A DNA stretch of 64,000 nucleotides from Tubulanus polymorphus (lineage: Eukaryota; Animalia; Nemertea): contig NC_134025.1 of the NCBI RefSeq assembly GCF_964204645.1, forward strand, positions 5,456,001-5,520,000. The letters run 5' to 3'. Of this stretch, positions 52,525 through 64,000 are shown piece after piece. The position numbers were made by a program, and so were the translations under genes. The notes under the pieces were generated by a model that ran no database searches, was not told the DNA's origin, and worked only from the letters and a program-made list of their open reading frames with translations. The number at the start of each line of letters is the position of its first letter. The stretch's first letter is position 1.

Positions 52525-52545
52525 ATGGAGTTCGAGAATTTTCAG
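52525..52545 (+). CDS. Candidate alternative first coding exon B of the nuclear receptor (MEFENFQ)
   Basis: ATG at 52525 is in frame to a phase-0 donor CAG|GTAAGA at 52546. Confidence 0.45.
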
Positions 52546-54747
52546 GTAAGACCGTATGAAAAAGCGGTTGATAGATTTGTGTATTTATTTGAGAGCTGTT
52601 TGCACTTTATATTCCAACTGACCCCTCGGTGACTGTAGCTTGTATACGTATAATGTATTACAGATAGCATATTTATGTTAATCAAGTTCCACACATCTAA
52701 TTCACTCCGCCCTTCACTACTATCGATTGTAGACCTCTGGTTGTAGAACTGCTACAACCGCATTTTACGTTCTTAGTGAACGACGCGATGATGACGAGGA
52801 CGATACCGTTTGCCAAAATATCAACGACGAATATTTCGCTATATCATGTTTTCTGATCTGATCTCTACGGTTCATTCACTCAGAGATGTTCTTCATAAGG
52901 GTGACCTGTACTTTTTGAGATCTAAAAACTTGGCCTATTTTCTACTCACAAGTTTTTGGTCACTGACTAACCAATGGTAGAGTGTTTTTGGTCGTAAAAA
53001 TTTACCGACACGTTTCGGCATGGTTTCGCTGATCAAAACGGTTCGGAAGGATTTCATTATTTGAAGATTGTACGGTAAAAAAACAAGTTTGCGTTGCGGA
53101 AAAAGTCGATGTCATGCATACTCAGACGCCAAACGGGTTGCGCGATCACGGGTTTTCAGGACGTAACAAAAATGTTATTGAGGTGAGATATTTTTCGGAT
53201 TCAAGTGACTTATTTTTGATTTTATCTTCTTTGGTATTAAGACTTATTAATACAGTTTTACGGCGAGACATTCTGTTATGATTTTATCTATCACTATCAG
53301 TCTTCGACAACTACGGATTTTCACGTGAAATATGGTCGGTTTTAGATAAGCATCTAATATTGAATTGAAATAATCACAGATGTGTTTATTAAATATCTGG
53401 CTTATTTCGTTAATGTGAGAATGAATGTCTGCCATTTTGTACTCCTTGCTGAGATATCGAACCAGTGACTCACAAAAAGTACACGGGAACCATTCATTAT
53501 TTTGTACTTTGTAGTTGTCATGGCTTCCTCACTTTTTATAGATTGCTCTGCTTTTAAATTATTCGGACCTTTGCTCAAAATAAATTTGATTTCGCGAAAT
53601 TCCATTTGAGTAGTACCATCAGATTCGTTAATCATCATTCATAATATCATGGAGGTGGGAGAGACCTTCCTGACTATGTTATTACCTTTTAACACTTCGA
53701 TATAAATGCAAGGTTTAATCAAGTTTTAACGAGGAAACTGTTATTCATCTCTGTATAGATTTACACCTGTTATTATTTCAGACTAACCGATATCGACACA
53801 ATTTACTCAATTATTTTTGGCAGGCTAAAATGTGTGAAAATACTGAATAAAATCGTTACTATTTTCTGGCAATACTTTTCACCTAAAACTATGATAATGT
53901 TTTTGATGAATTCTGTGTGTAATAATTATTTTATTCTAAATAGGTGTAAAGTGCAAAAGAGCCGGAATTGAAAAAATATTTAATCAAATTATTTGAATTT
54001 ATCCACAGACTAATGTCATACCTTTCCAATCTTGAAAATTTCTTACTTTAGAGAAATATGGCTTTTAGGTCAAATGCCAAAGAGAAATTGAATGTAGTTT
54101 AGATAAGGGTAAAATATGAACCTGAGTTTGGTATATGTAATGGATATAACATGTTTAAAGATCTGAATTATCATTCGTCATCGGATCAACACATTCAGTA
54201 AAAATAGTGTCTTATTCGTAGACGTGCTTTTGGATTGATAAATTGTAAAAAATGAATGAATTTACTTTGATATCTGGAACAGATTGCGCAAATAGATTAT
54301 TTTTGATGTTTTGACTTATTTTAATTCTTATGTTTTTATGTTGAATACAAATGAGCTACGTAAACGTCTACACGTATTTATAAACCTTTGATGCTACGCT
54401 AACTTTGATATCTCAAACTGAAATCATATCATTTACACCAGTTTCAATTGCAAATCCAATAAAAGTACCCCGTGGCCATTAACTCAAAAAGATATATTTC
54501 ATGAAATGATGAATTCGCCCCATGTGCTTGATTACTATCTTTAGATATGTTATTATGTCTTCAAGAAGAAAAAAATACTTTGAATTTGAAATGACACAAA
54601 ACATTCACTGCGCATTGTGTGCAATTAGATAGAAAAGTTTTAGAGCCCATTATTTATCTGAATGAAACGATTCGTTGTTCAGAGTAATCCAGTGTTACTG
54701 TATCTCCAGGTGATGAGTCATATTTGTCTTATGTTTGATATTTGCAG

Positions 54748-54852
54748 GAGCGCGACTGTATGAAAGCCCAGCTGCAGCATGTTCTTTGTCGAGTCTGCGG
54801 AGATAGAGCGTCCGGACTGCACTACGGAGTTTTTGCCTGCGAAGGCTGCAAG
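54748..54852 (+). CDS. NR1-family nuclear receptor, first zinc-finger exon
   Basis: tttgcag|[35 protein letters not shown]|gtaaaa, a C4 zinc finger with P-box CEGCK. Not in the ORF track. Confidence 0.93.
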
Positions 54853-57800
54853 GTAAAAAGCTGTTGTATCCTCTCTTCTGCATCAGTCGTCCTTTTTCAA
54901 ATGATTCGATATTAGCAAGAATTTTTCAATATCTTGATGATATTTTGTCGATCGTTTTAGGCATTTGATGTCGAAATTATTTGTCGACTAATAACCACGC
55001 TATTATCGGCATAAGCCGGGGATTCACGAAAATGTTGAAACTTTCTCTGGATACATTCCATTCCGGAATCTGTTGATTAGTGGGTTTTTTATAAATACAA
55101 ATCAAAATCTCAGTGAGGGCATATCAATTTATCTTCGACCAAATTTGCGGAAGAATTTACATAATTCAATCTGTATAGCCCGGTCAATTTCTGCGACTTT
55201 GATTGGAAGGGATTTAATTTCGAGAAGAGTAAGGTTTCGGGTTTATTATCCCAACTGTAATTACTACATAATGTCATTATCTATTTCGTTACATTAAAGG
55301 GATCAATGGACATGGCCATAAATTCTCTGTGTCAGTCTGTCCGCTCAAATCTATTGATTATAGGCAAATGATTCTAATCAGAGGATCGAATCAAGAGATT
55401 GACTCATCATGAGCTCAATAAGAATTCGGATTTCATCAAGAAATCTGCAAGTACCTCGGAAATTCCCACCAGTATATAGAAGAATCCACGCGTCCTGAAG
55501 CAATTCCCATAAGGAGGTCATCTAGACAGTGACCGCGCTGTAGGTTGTATTTGGTTACGCCGACACCTCGTGACATCTTAATGACTTTCGCAAGTTTTCA
55601 TCGTTCATCGCGTGGAACAGCAGTTGCAACCAGTGGACCACAAAGATCTTGTTAATTAAATATTTGTTAAAATTGATGATACCAAATACACCAAGTTCAT
55701 CTTGATAGCTATAGCTATTTCGCTGTGTTTAGATTAGATTATGCTTATGGAATGATGAAATGCATAAATTGACACATATGAACGGTATATATTCGAAAGC
55801 GGAATGGAAACTAATGAAATGTTACGATTTGCGCTCGGTGGAAACCTTTCGACCTTATAACATCGATATCAAATGAACCTTCGGGCTGAGCCTAATTAGA
55901 ATTTTAGACGACTTCCTCTGCATTCGTAATAATCTACATATATAATATGATAGTCAGTCGGGTTGGCTAATGCAGTCAGTTAATTATCCGTGCTAACAAG
56001 TTTTCACCGGAAAATTGATTATTACATCTGTCTAACATGAGGTTTACCATTTTACCGATTTTCGAAAGAGATCTGAATAGACGGTTATTACTCGACCTGC
56101 ATCGCCGTTAACCGAAAATAAGTTAACATTCCCGTGTAACAGCCTATAGCCGAAAAATCGTATACCCTTTCGTCTGATATAAATTCTAGTTTTATTACCA
56201 TCACCGGTGAAAAACGTCTGCGAATAATTTCGGTGCAGACGAAACGCGCGAATATGAGTGAAGAAAAGATTTCTAAAAGTACACAACTACAAAAGATTCG
56301 TTTGGGCAATATTATCCTCAACGTTGTCTGACACGGACGGTGTGTTGCGCGCGCTGAGATGAATACCCGTGTGTTCCAGAAAAATAATGCTAACCACTTT
56401 GTGGGCTTTAGTTTTGATTGTCCGACAACTATAGCCCACTGAGTCTGATAGAACGTAGCTGAATAGGGAAAGGTCTTGTTTCTGTGCCATTTAGACGGTG
56501 TTCTTCGTGGTTTCTAACTGGTGCTTAATAACCGACTTTCTTCCGTCTATCACCTTTATCTCGCAAATATTTGTGTCTTGAAGTTGTGGTCAATTTGGGA
56601 TGTCAATAGATGAGCAAGTTGAGTTGGCCCGCCCCTACCTCCGAGGTTGACCACTTTCTTACAATGTTCTCATTCATAATCGCAAAATTATTCAATGCAG
56701 CCGCAACAAAAGAAGTTATCTATGTAACAACGTTTGTTCTTGATGAATTATCAATACTGCAATGAGCTGGTGGTACTCGAATAAAATGGCGGACTCTGTG
56801 CTGCAAATTCAATGAAGTGTGTTCTCGACGTAAATATGCAAATGACCTTAGTAAGGTCAGCTGTAGCCGGCACTATCGCCTTGAGGGCAAACTTGTACTC
56901 GAGGATGGCCTCAGAATTGTATAAATATATACCCTTGTCTCAACTAGATTCGATTGACTAGTTGAGTCGTGCACCGTCGTCCCAATTCCCCCTCAAGGGT
57001 ATTACATTTCGATGAGCAGAATGGCGTAAATCATACGGACGGAACAATTGAATTACAAGGCAGATTTCATGAGATCTAAGTAGAAAATCATCACCAAAAA
57101 GATCAATATACCCCCGATATACAAATCTGGCTTCTCGGTCATTAAAGTTCTGAAAATAGCTTTAATACAAATACATGACTCAGCTCAGCGAGGATAATAA
57201 GTACGAAGTTGGTTTCTTCCAGTTCGGAGGAAATGAAAATTTGGTACACGAAAACCGAGTAAATATACACAGCGGATCAAATCCGTCGGACCAATTCACG
57301 TTATTAAGTTGTTAATACGAGGGAAATATGATTTCTGTTTGGAATCTGGGCAATAATCCGATTGTATAAACTTATTGGTCAATACGTGTCTATCTATGTA
57401 ATATAGATTCATCTCGGTTGACAGGCCGGACATTCCTGATATATCGGCGCATTGTAATCATACAATTTGAAAATCCTAATTCAATATACTATGTTGTATC
57501 AAATAAACAGAAGCATCGACGTTCATTTGTAAATAGCGAAATACCTTTTCTTCTTTTCTTCCCATTCTCTTGAAAATCTACGATTGATGTCAACATATTT
57601 TTCTTTCTAACCTCCTTGACTTGGATTCATTTTGTTTGCGTTAGGTTCCTTGTTAGCAACTACAGCAGCTGGACTCTATATCAGATATCTGTTTAACTCC
57701 GTTTAATGTTTGTTGAAATCTTTTTATGACACTATTATATGAAATATATAACATAATTCGGATATCGTTAATGTCAGACACATTTTCACAGTCCCAAGAG

Positions 57801-57893
57801 GTCCGATTTTAGCGGAGTCTACCGTACATGTTTGAGATATTTTTGATGGATTTTATAGAAATCTTAATTCATAATCATAATTTTCTATTTCAG

Positions 57894-58038
57894 GGATTTT
57901 TTCGACGTACGTTGAAACATAATTTGCAATACAAAAAATGTCAGAATCCGAAAGGATGTCTGATAATGAGGATCAACCGGAACCGTTGCCAGTACTGTCG
58001 CATGAAGAAGTGTTTTTCTGTGGGCATGTCTCACGATG
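57894..58038 (+). CDS. NR1-family nuclear receptor, second zinc-finger exon
   Basis: tttcag|GFFRRTLKHNLQYKKCQNPKGCLIMRINRNRCQYCRMKKCFSVGMSHD+G|gtaagt. Confidence 0.95.
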
Positions 58039-58133
58039 GTAAGTCCGTAAGAAATATATAGATATATGTATTTTTATTTTATTTCATGCGTATGGAGTTA
58101 ATAAGTTGGTTTATTGGATCACTTTGTTTACAG

Positions 58134-58339
58134 CTGTGCGATTGGGTCGGTGTCCGAAAAAAGATCGACCGAGCTCGTCATTCATGGTACATCTTCCAAA
58201 AACGGCTAACGGAACAGTGGACACTAAACGTCAAATACAAGCCGAACAAATGATTCTGAATATTCACAAAGCGCTGCGTGAGCTGCCGACCACCGGGATT
58301 AAACTAAACGGCATTTACGATGGGGAGGGTTATCAGAAG
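58134..58339 (+). CDS. NR1-family nuclear receptor, C-terminal extension/hinge exon
   Basis: ttacag|(A)VRLGRCPKKDR...EGYQK|gtaaca; GRIP-box-like RLGRCP; phases are consistent with the flanking exons. Confidence 0.9.
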
Positions 58340-58448
58340 GTAACAACATTCATATTTCTGCATTTCAATTAAATGTGTGAAGATGTTCTGTTGTTTTGCA
58401 AAAAAATCTTCTCCGAAATAAACAGAAACGAATTATTTTCCATTTCAG

Positions 58449-58821
58449 ACTCAAGAAATGCCAGACGGTACAAGATACATAGCGCATATAGTCAAGATAT
58501 TTGATTATGTAAATCGTGTAACGGCCTTCGCGCGGGGCATCCCTCAATTTTCTTCCTTGAGCATTTCCGACCAACATACACTATTAAAAAACGGCGCGAT
58601 GGAATTATCGGCGCTGATCGATTTCAACGAATTTCGCAACGCGAAAGAAGAGGGTTTTAAACCAAGCGTAATATACAGTTTGACCAGGGAAGTCTGGAAC
58701 AATCAGGAAGTGGTCCACGGACTATGCGAGGAATACTACAACTTCGCGACAAAACTTGACAAACTAAAACTTACCGATGTCGAAACTGCACTGTATATGG
58801 CTCTAGTGCTATTTTGTTCTG
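58449..58821 (+). CDS. NR1-family nuclear receptor, ligand-binding domain exon (H3-H8)
   Basis: tttcag|TQEMPD...FARGIPQFSSLSISDQHTLLKNG...LKLTDVETALYMALVLFCS+G|gtaggt; LBD signature motif. Confidence 0.93.
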
Positions 58822-59024
58822 GTAGGTAATTTAGTTCAGGCCATTTTGTTAGATTATGATACATATGTGTTAATTGAAAAATGACTATATAAATCTCCTC
58901 GAAGATGTAAGAGATACTGATTTGATCTTCATATGAATAAAAGGAATGGGTTTCGAATGCAGTATGCTCAAAAGATTCAATAATTATTCGCTGTTAACTA
59001 ACCTAGCGATATGTATGATTTCAG

Positions 59025-59926
59025 ATCGCGAGAGTTTAGAAGATTGCAAAGTGGTAGAAGATATCGAAATGGCGTTAGCCATGGCTCTGAAAACCCAATT
59101 CTCCATTAACCACGCCGAATCACCGAACGCTTTTGCCACCGTACTTTATCTAATTGTTGATCTCAGGGCATTGTCAGTGAAATACTGGGAACTTATACTA
59201 AAGGCGCCAGTCAATGCAGCATCCGATGATGCTCATATAGAACTAGGACTATCAGAAACCGACGAGCCAAATAAAGCAACACCTGTCAACGCAAATGATC
59301 AATTGGGCAGGGAGTTGCCGGCATCTGACGGTCACAATAGTGATGTTAAAATCGAAGCAGTTTCTTATCCCATAAACGATCACCAACAACGGCGAAGTCC
59401 AGGTCAGAATGGCTGTTCGCCCAGATCCTCCGTGTCGGACGATACCTCATCGGTCGGGAATAGCAGCTTGAAAAATCTGGAAGACTACTATCAGAAACAT
59501 TCGACGACGAAACGAAATAGCATCAACGAAGAGACATGTAGTAAAAGATCGAGCGTGTCGTCGAGCAGGTCTTCTCCCGAACAGATAGACCGGCCATTCG
59601 ATTATAGCTTGAAACAAAGGTCACCGGACAACAACTCGCACCTCGTCGTGCCGCAAATGCCGCCTGTCTTAACCGTTGCACGATCGATGGAACATCAACG
59701 CCCTTTGGACTTTACAGCGCAACAACATCGCCATTCGAGCCTGGCGCTTTCACCCGCGCAACAAGAACTGCTTTACAAAACGAGACTTTTAGCTGAACAC
59801 AACCATTACATGCAACTTCACTACGCATTCAACGGTATTCAATCGCATTTTCCAATCTATCCCACGGAATGTGTTCCCGGTCTCCGTCGGTTTTTCCCGC
59901 AAAACAGGGGCCAACAAAATAGATGA
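59025..59926 (+). CDS. NR1-family nuclear receptor, terminal exon (H9-H11 plus long tail)
   Basis: tttcag|(D)RESLEDCKVVE...LIVDLRALSVKYWELIL, then ~240 aa S/P/Q-rich to TGA at 59924-59926. The last four exons sum to 1626 nt (in frame). Confidence 0.9.
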
Positions 59927-62900
59927 TTTTTCATTGACGTAGGATTTTTGAAATTTTCAGAATATATTGTCCCGGTGTACGACTCCATGTGTTACTCTAT
60001 TAACATGCGTATATAATGCTTTTTTGCTTAGAAGAAAATCGACCCTTGAATTTGTATACTAGTCATTTAAGAGTTCCACAAGTAAGCCAGCATCATTAGC
60101 AAAGTTTATCCATATATAGTCAACCGCTATAGGCGCCACCGGTGAATTATTGAATGAATTGTTATACAGATATATTTATTATTATCAAATTATATAGACA
60201 CATACGTAAGATTATTTATATGTTGTGAATTATGATATGGAGATTTTGTGAGTTCGTTGTTTTTGACAGAAATTATGAAATGGTCCCGGTATCCAGTATG
60301 CCAAACAGTACATCCAACTGATTCATGTGTGCCTCTTTTCATGATATGGGATGTTGTTGAAAAGATAGTGATGTGGTGTTATAGCTTGCTATTGTATAAA
60401 ATATCTTGATTATTATCTAAAATAGAGTGATTTATGTAAGAAGTATATTTGTAAATATTATGTGATTGTATGATGAATTGTGAGGTTCTTTAACCATTCA
60501 AAAAATCTAATTTTGTTGACCTATACACGCCAACTGTGCTGGAATTTCATACATTGTATCACAATCGATTTTAGATATTTTGTAGTCTGAACATCCGATC
60601 TGTTGAGGGCTTTAGGGCACAATTAGATTTGATTTTTGAGAGGCATTGAACAAATATGGGCATTAAAATCATCATTGGGAAAGTGGGTGCTACAATAGGA
60701 AGAGTAATTATGATTGCTTCTTCAATAAAATCACGGATTTCGAAATGTACTTTAATCTGTGAGAATTTAATCATGTTAATCGTCAAAAATTCTTTTTCTC
60801 TTCCCTACACATTCATTTGAGTGTAAACAGCTCAATGTGCTATAGTAACGATATCGTACAACCTGGGACGGTGCAATAAAAGCCAAACCCTGCCAAAAAG
60901 CTACGGTGGTCATAAACACACAAATAGGCTTTGCTGAAAATCGAGTCTTCGCGCAACTCGTCGTCATTGATAAACCATTTGTGTTATTTGCATTTGCAAG
61001 GTTTTCTACTTTTAGGGAAGCAGCGAAATTTCTTTTTCACAATATAGAATTGCATCATATTCTCCAAAAAAGAGGCTCCAGCTCAAACATTAGAACACAA
61101 ATGTTCGGGTTTCCATCATCGTGAATTCATGCTGTTGCAGTCATTCTAAAAATGCTTATGAAGCTATTATCTTTGTCTCCGATATTTTCTACATGGTTTG
61201 TCAGTTTTTTTTTGTGCCATAATTAGTTCTTTTGCCATAAGCGTTTTATTCATTCATTTCTTATACAATATTTTATTGTGCTTTTTAATCGAATGGAATG
61301 TATTCTGCATTCATACTAGACATATACCCGAAGAAAAAATGATATGATATGGTTTTAATTTAGATCGTAGTTGGTAAAATGTCGAATTTTAAGACTTCCT
61401 TCTAGTCAGACGTCTTCATTTTGAACGATCAGCTCGAGGTTGTTCCCGTGTTAGGGATTTAAATGGCCAGTGTTGCACGTCGACACATGCAGTCGATTAT
61501 CAAAAAATTGGCTTATCAAGCCCATTGTCCACGACAGCGTTTAATCGATCCTTTTTTGCCCTGGGTGAATTGCAAAAACCATATTGTCGTTGAGACGAAA
61601 AATACATTTTATATTGTCAATAATAATGTGACGTTCGATAGATTGGTCACTTTCATGATAGACCCGGGGTCAAGTCATCCCCAGAGATATCTGATTCTTA
61701 TTGTAACCCTCTACAGTGGAACTGATACCAAACGTGTATCTGAGATACCCAGCATCAGTCACGTTGTGCCAGTAATCCTTAATCAATGGGAATGTTCTTT
61801 TTAGATCTTCGGCGCACGAATGGTTATTGTAAGAGGTATTGGAACAATATTTGTCGACATGATTATATATGAAGGCCTATGATATTGATATATTATTGAA
61901 ATAAAGATATCATTATGAATGAATTATAAATTTGCGAATTCGTTCTTTTATATTTTTACGTACATATATTCAGGTGGAGTAGATATCACTGCTTCCAAAG
62001 CGAAATGTTGAAATGGATGGAGATATCCATTCACTTACACATCTTTGTGATTAGCTGGATTTTAGAGAAAATCATCTTGACAAAATACTCCAAGGCTGGA
62101 AGGACCAACATGGACCATAGATGCGGGCTTACTTCGTCGAGTAAAAAAGTGATATTCAGAATTTTGCCTATTTCGCTGTGGAAGAAACATTGGTCATTTG
62201 GTAATTGGTTTTCTAATGATTTATATATTAAGAGTGGCTTCATTTGTCAGTTTTAGTTTTCGTTGTTTATCCCGATATACAAACACTACTGTGCTGTAAT
62301 TATAACCCACCAAATCTCTTCAAAGGATATGCGGAACACATCAATGATATGATATACATCAATGATACACATTTATTTCTATTTCCGAATTGATTCGCAA
62401 TTTGATGCTATTACATAGGTGACAAAAAGCTTTTCAATATTTTCCTCTCGTTAGTCAATAAATCTATTCCAGCTGACAATTTCTCCCAAAAGCTGGTATC
62501 AATTTTCTGATTTAACACCATCAGAATATATCGAAAAAGTTTGGACGAATTAAATGAATATTGAAAAAAATCTAAACCTTTTACTGAGTCCATATGATAG
62601 TTGTTGGTTGTAAACTAACTGTGACGCGGATGGTAATATTTCTATCGAATCTGAATCAGTACAAATGTCTCCTTAGCTAGGATGTGAATGGAGTGAGTAT
62701 ATTTTCACGGAAGACAATCGAGTAAATTGCAACGTATCGACATTAAGGGACCATTGGCGGTTAAGTAAGAGATCCCGCTGTCATCGGCGCGGTTATTAAA
62801 CTAATTACGGCGAAGAGACCCGACCATGTGGTGCCGGGGCGAGCAAAGTGCGATGGAGGAAAAGTAGAATCAATCACACGCACACCGGTATATCACCACC

Positions 62901-63090
62901 AAGAGAAATTACAGGTGTTTATCCCATATCAATATCCCTCAGATTGAAACATAAATACTAAAACTTCCAATAGATTCGACAAATGTGATTTCAGACGAAT
63001 AAACGGCACTAGAACATGGATAGTTGTTTTTCGAGGGGACCAGTATCGTGGTCGCCTGACACATAAGTTATTTATTTTGAAGTAAAAGCA

Positions 63091-63677
63091 TTAGAGATAA
63101 AAGTTGAATTTTGTAGCGAGGAACATTGGCATTTTTGTGTAGACGAAAAATCTCCCCTGGCCGTAGTATCTCACCTGCATTTTATCATTTAAATCGAAAT
63201 GTGCCGTATTCGACAAACATTTTTGTTCACATTGTATTATGTCAACAAGATCCAAGCCGGTCGTAACCGCAGAGACATCTTTAGCACAACCCAATGTTAT
63301 ATGCCCTTTGCTTCCAAAACCGGAGGTCGGATGGAAATTGGGTGGATACGAAGTCGAGCCCATTCCGAGGTTTATGTCGTTACAACAGCCTTGGTAGCAA
63401 GGTGCAGAGCGGTCTTTACAATTACCGTCAGTATCATTCTGCGCCCAGAGAGGTAACTGTCGCTCGGTTAAACGAACTCGTGCGCCGAGCGTTCGTGGTG
63501 TCAGTAGAAAACCAACGACTTCGATGACATAGAAAGACCCTAAAGCTTCGCGAACTGCGCGTCTTTGCTCGTAAGTGGAACATTCGGGTACCGTTCCGCG
63601 TCCACAGAACATGGCCGTGACATGAAGAGGCATACTGTACTTTGTCATGTCGGAGTAGTAAGTGGACAGATCAAAAC
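63091..63677 (-). CDS. CNP: 2',3'-cyclic-nucleotide 3'-phosphodiesterase (CNPase), terminal exon
   Basis: Acceptor cttttag precedes 63677. Encodes FDLSTYY...LHVTAMFCG...TPRTLGARVRLTERQLPLW...GSKGHITLGCAKDVSAVTTGLDLVDII, with both catalytic HxT motifs (63616-63624 and 63295-63303), collinear with recalled vertebrate CNP. Confidence 0.93.
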
Positions 63678-63768
63678 CTAAAAGTATATGAAATGGAAAT
63701 ATAGATGGATTGGAAAAGAGCAGATGTAGAATTTACTTTCTACCGTTAGAAGAAATCTTCATTTATAC

Positions 63769-63912
63769 CTGGAGTAACGTTGAAATTTGAAAGCATTTCT
63801 GACCGAACGTTTCGTAGCTGAATTAGCTCTTGGAATATCGTTCTGCCTTGATTTTCTAACCAGTGTGCGCTATTATCACCCAAAAACCATCCATAAAACA
63901 AAGGCTGCTTTG
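63769..63912 (-). CDS. CNP: CNPase internal exon
   Basis: ttttttcag|..KQPLFYGWFLGDNSAHWLENQGRTIFQELI...VTP+G|gtataa; 144 nt, phase 1-1; similar to vertebrate PLYFGWFL. Not in the ORF track; the gene continues beyond the window. Confidence 0.9.
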
Positions 63913-64000
63913 CTGAAAAAAGGCAAGGAGTGTGTTTTAAAAAGGTTTCATGAAATTATAAATGACTTTCAATGAAAACTACTTTTTAATAAATGAATTA

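Noticed and set aside
57828-57893. In-frame ATG extension MFEIFLMDF... into the second zinc-finger exon (similarly 58946-59024)
   Set aside because: Reads through intronic pyrimidine tracts with clear acceptors; likely fortuitous, though an E75B-like start cannot be excluded.
1-64000. Conserved bilaterian microRNAs, rRNA, CRISPR arrays, intact transposase/RT ORFs, prokaryotic systems
   Set aside because: A visual scan found none; the sequence is intron-containing animal DNA. A covariance-model search (Infernal/Rfam, MirMachine) would be needed to exclude ncRNAs.

Overview
Animal (metazoan) genomic DNA, AT-rich, with spliceosomal introns. It is most likely a spiralian/lophotrochozoan invertebrate; this is an inference from the FoxA N-terminus and the nuclear receptor type. 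Four genes can be read. (1) The last two coding exons of a MIPOL1 orthologue (+; 4759-4959 and 9264-9333), the second of which is absent from the ORF track. (2) After a ~26.6 kb gene-free interval, a single-coding-exon FoxA/forkhead gene (-; 35934-37274) lying tail-to-tail with MIPOL1, i.e. the mipol1-foxA arm of the deuterostome 'pharyngeal' cluster. (3) A divergently transcribed NR1-subfamily nuclear receptor (E75/Rev-erb/ROR-related, NR1CDEF-like; +; core exons 54748-59926) with two candidate alternative first exons, no AF-2 helix, no heme ligands and a ~240-aa tail with two CtBP-type motifs. (4) The 3' exons of a CNPase (2H phosphodiesterase) gene (-; 63091-63912). The non-coding DNA holds tiny CCATGG-bounded palindromic insertions, a 71-bp foldback, MITE remnants and several dense transcription-factor motif clusters. 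Most short ORFs in the supplied track are noise. Homology calls rest on recalled reference sequences and need BLAST/phylogenetic confirmation.
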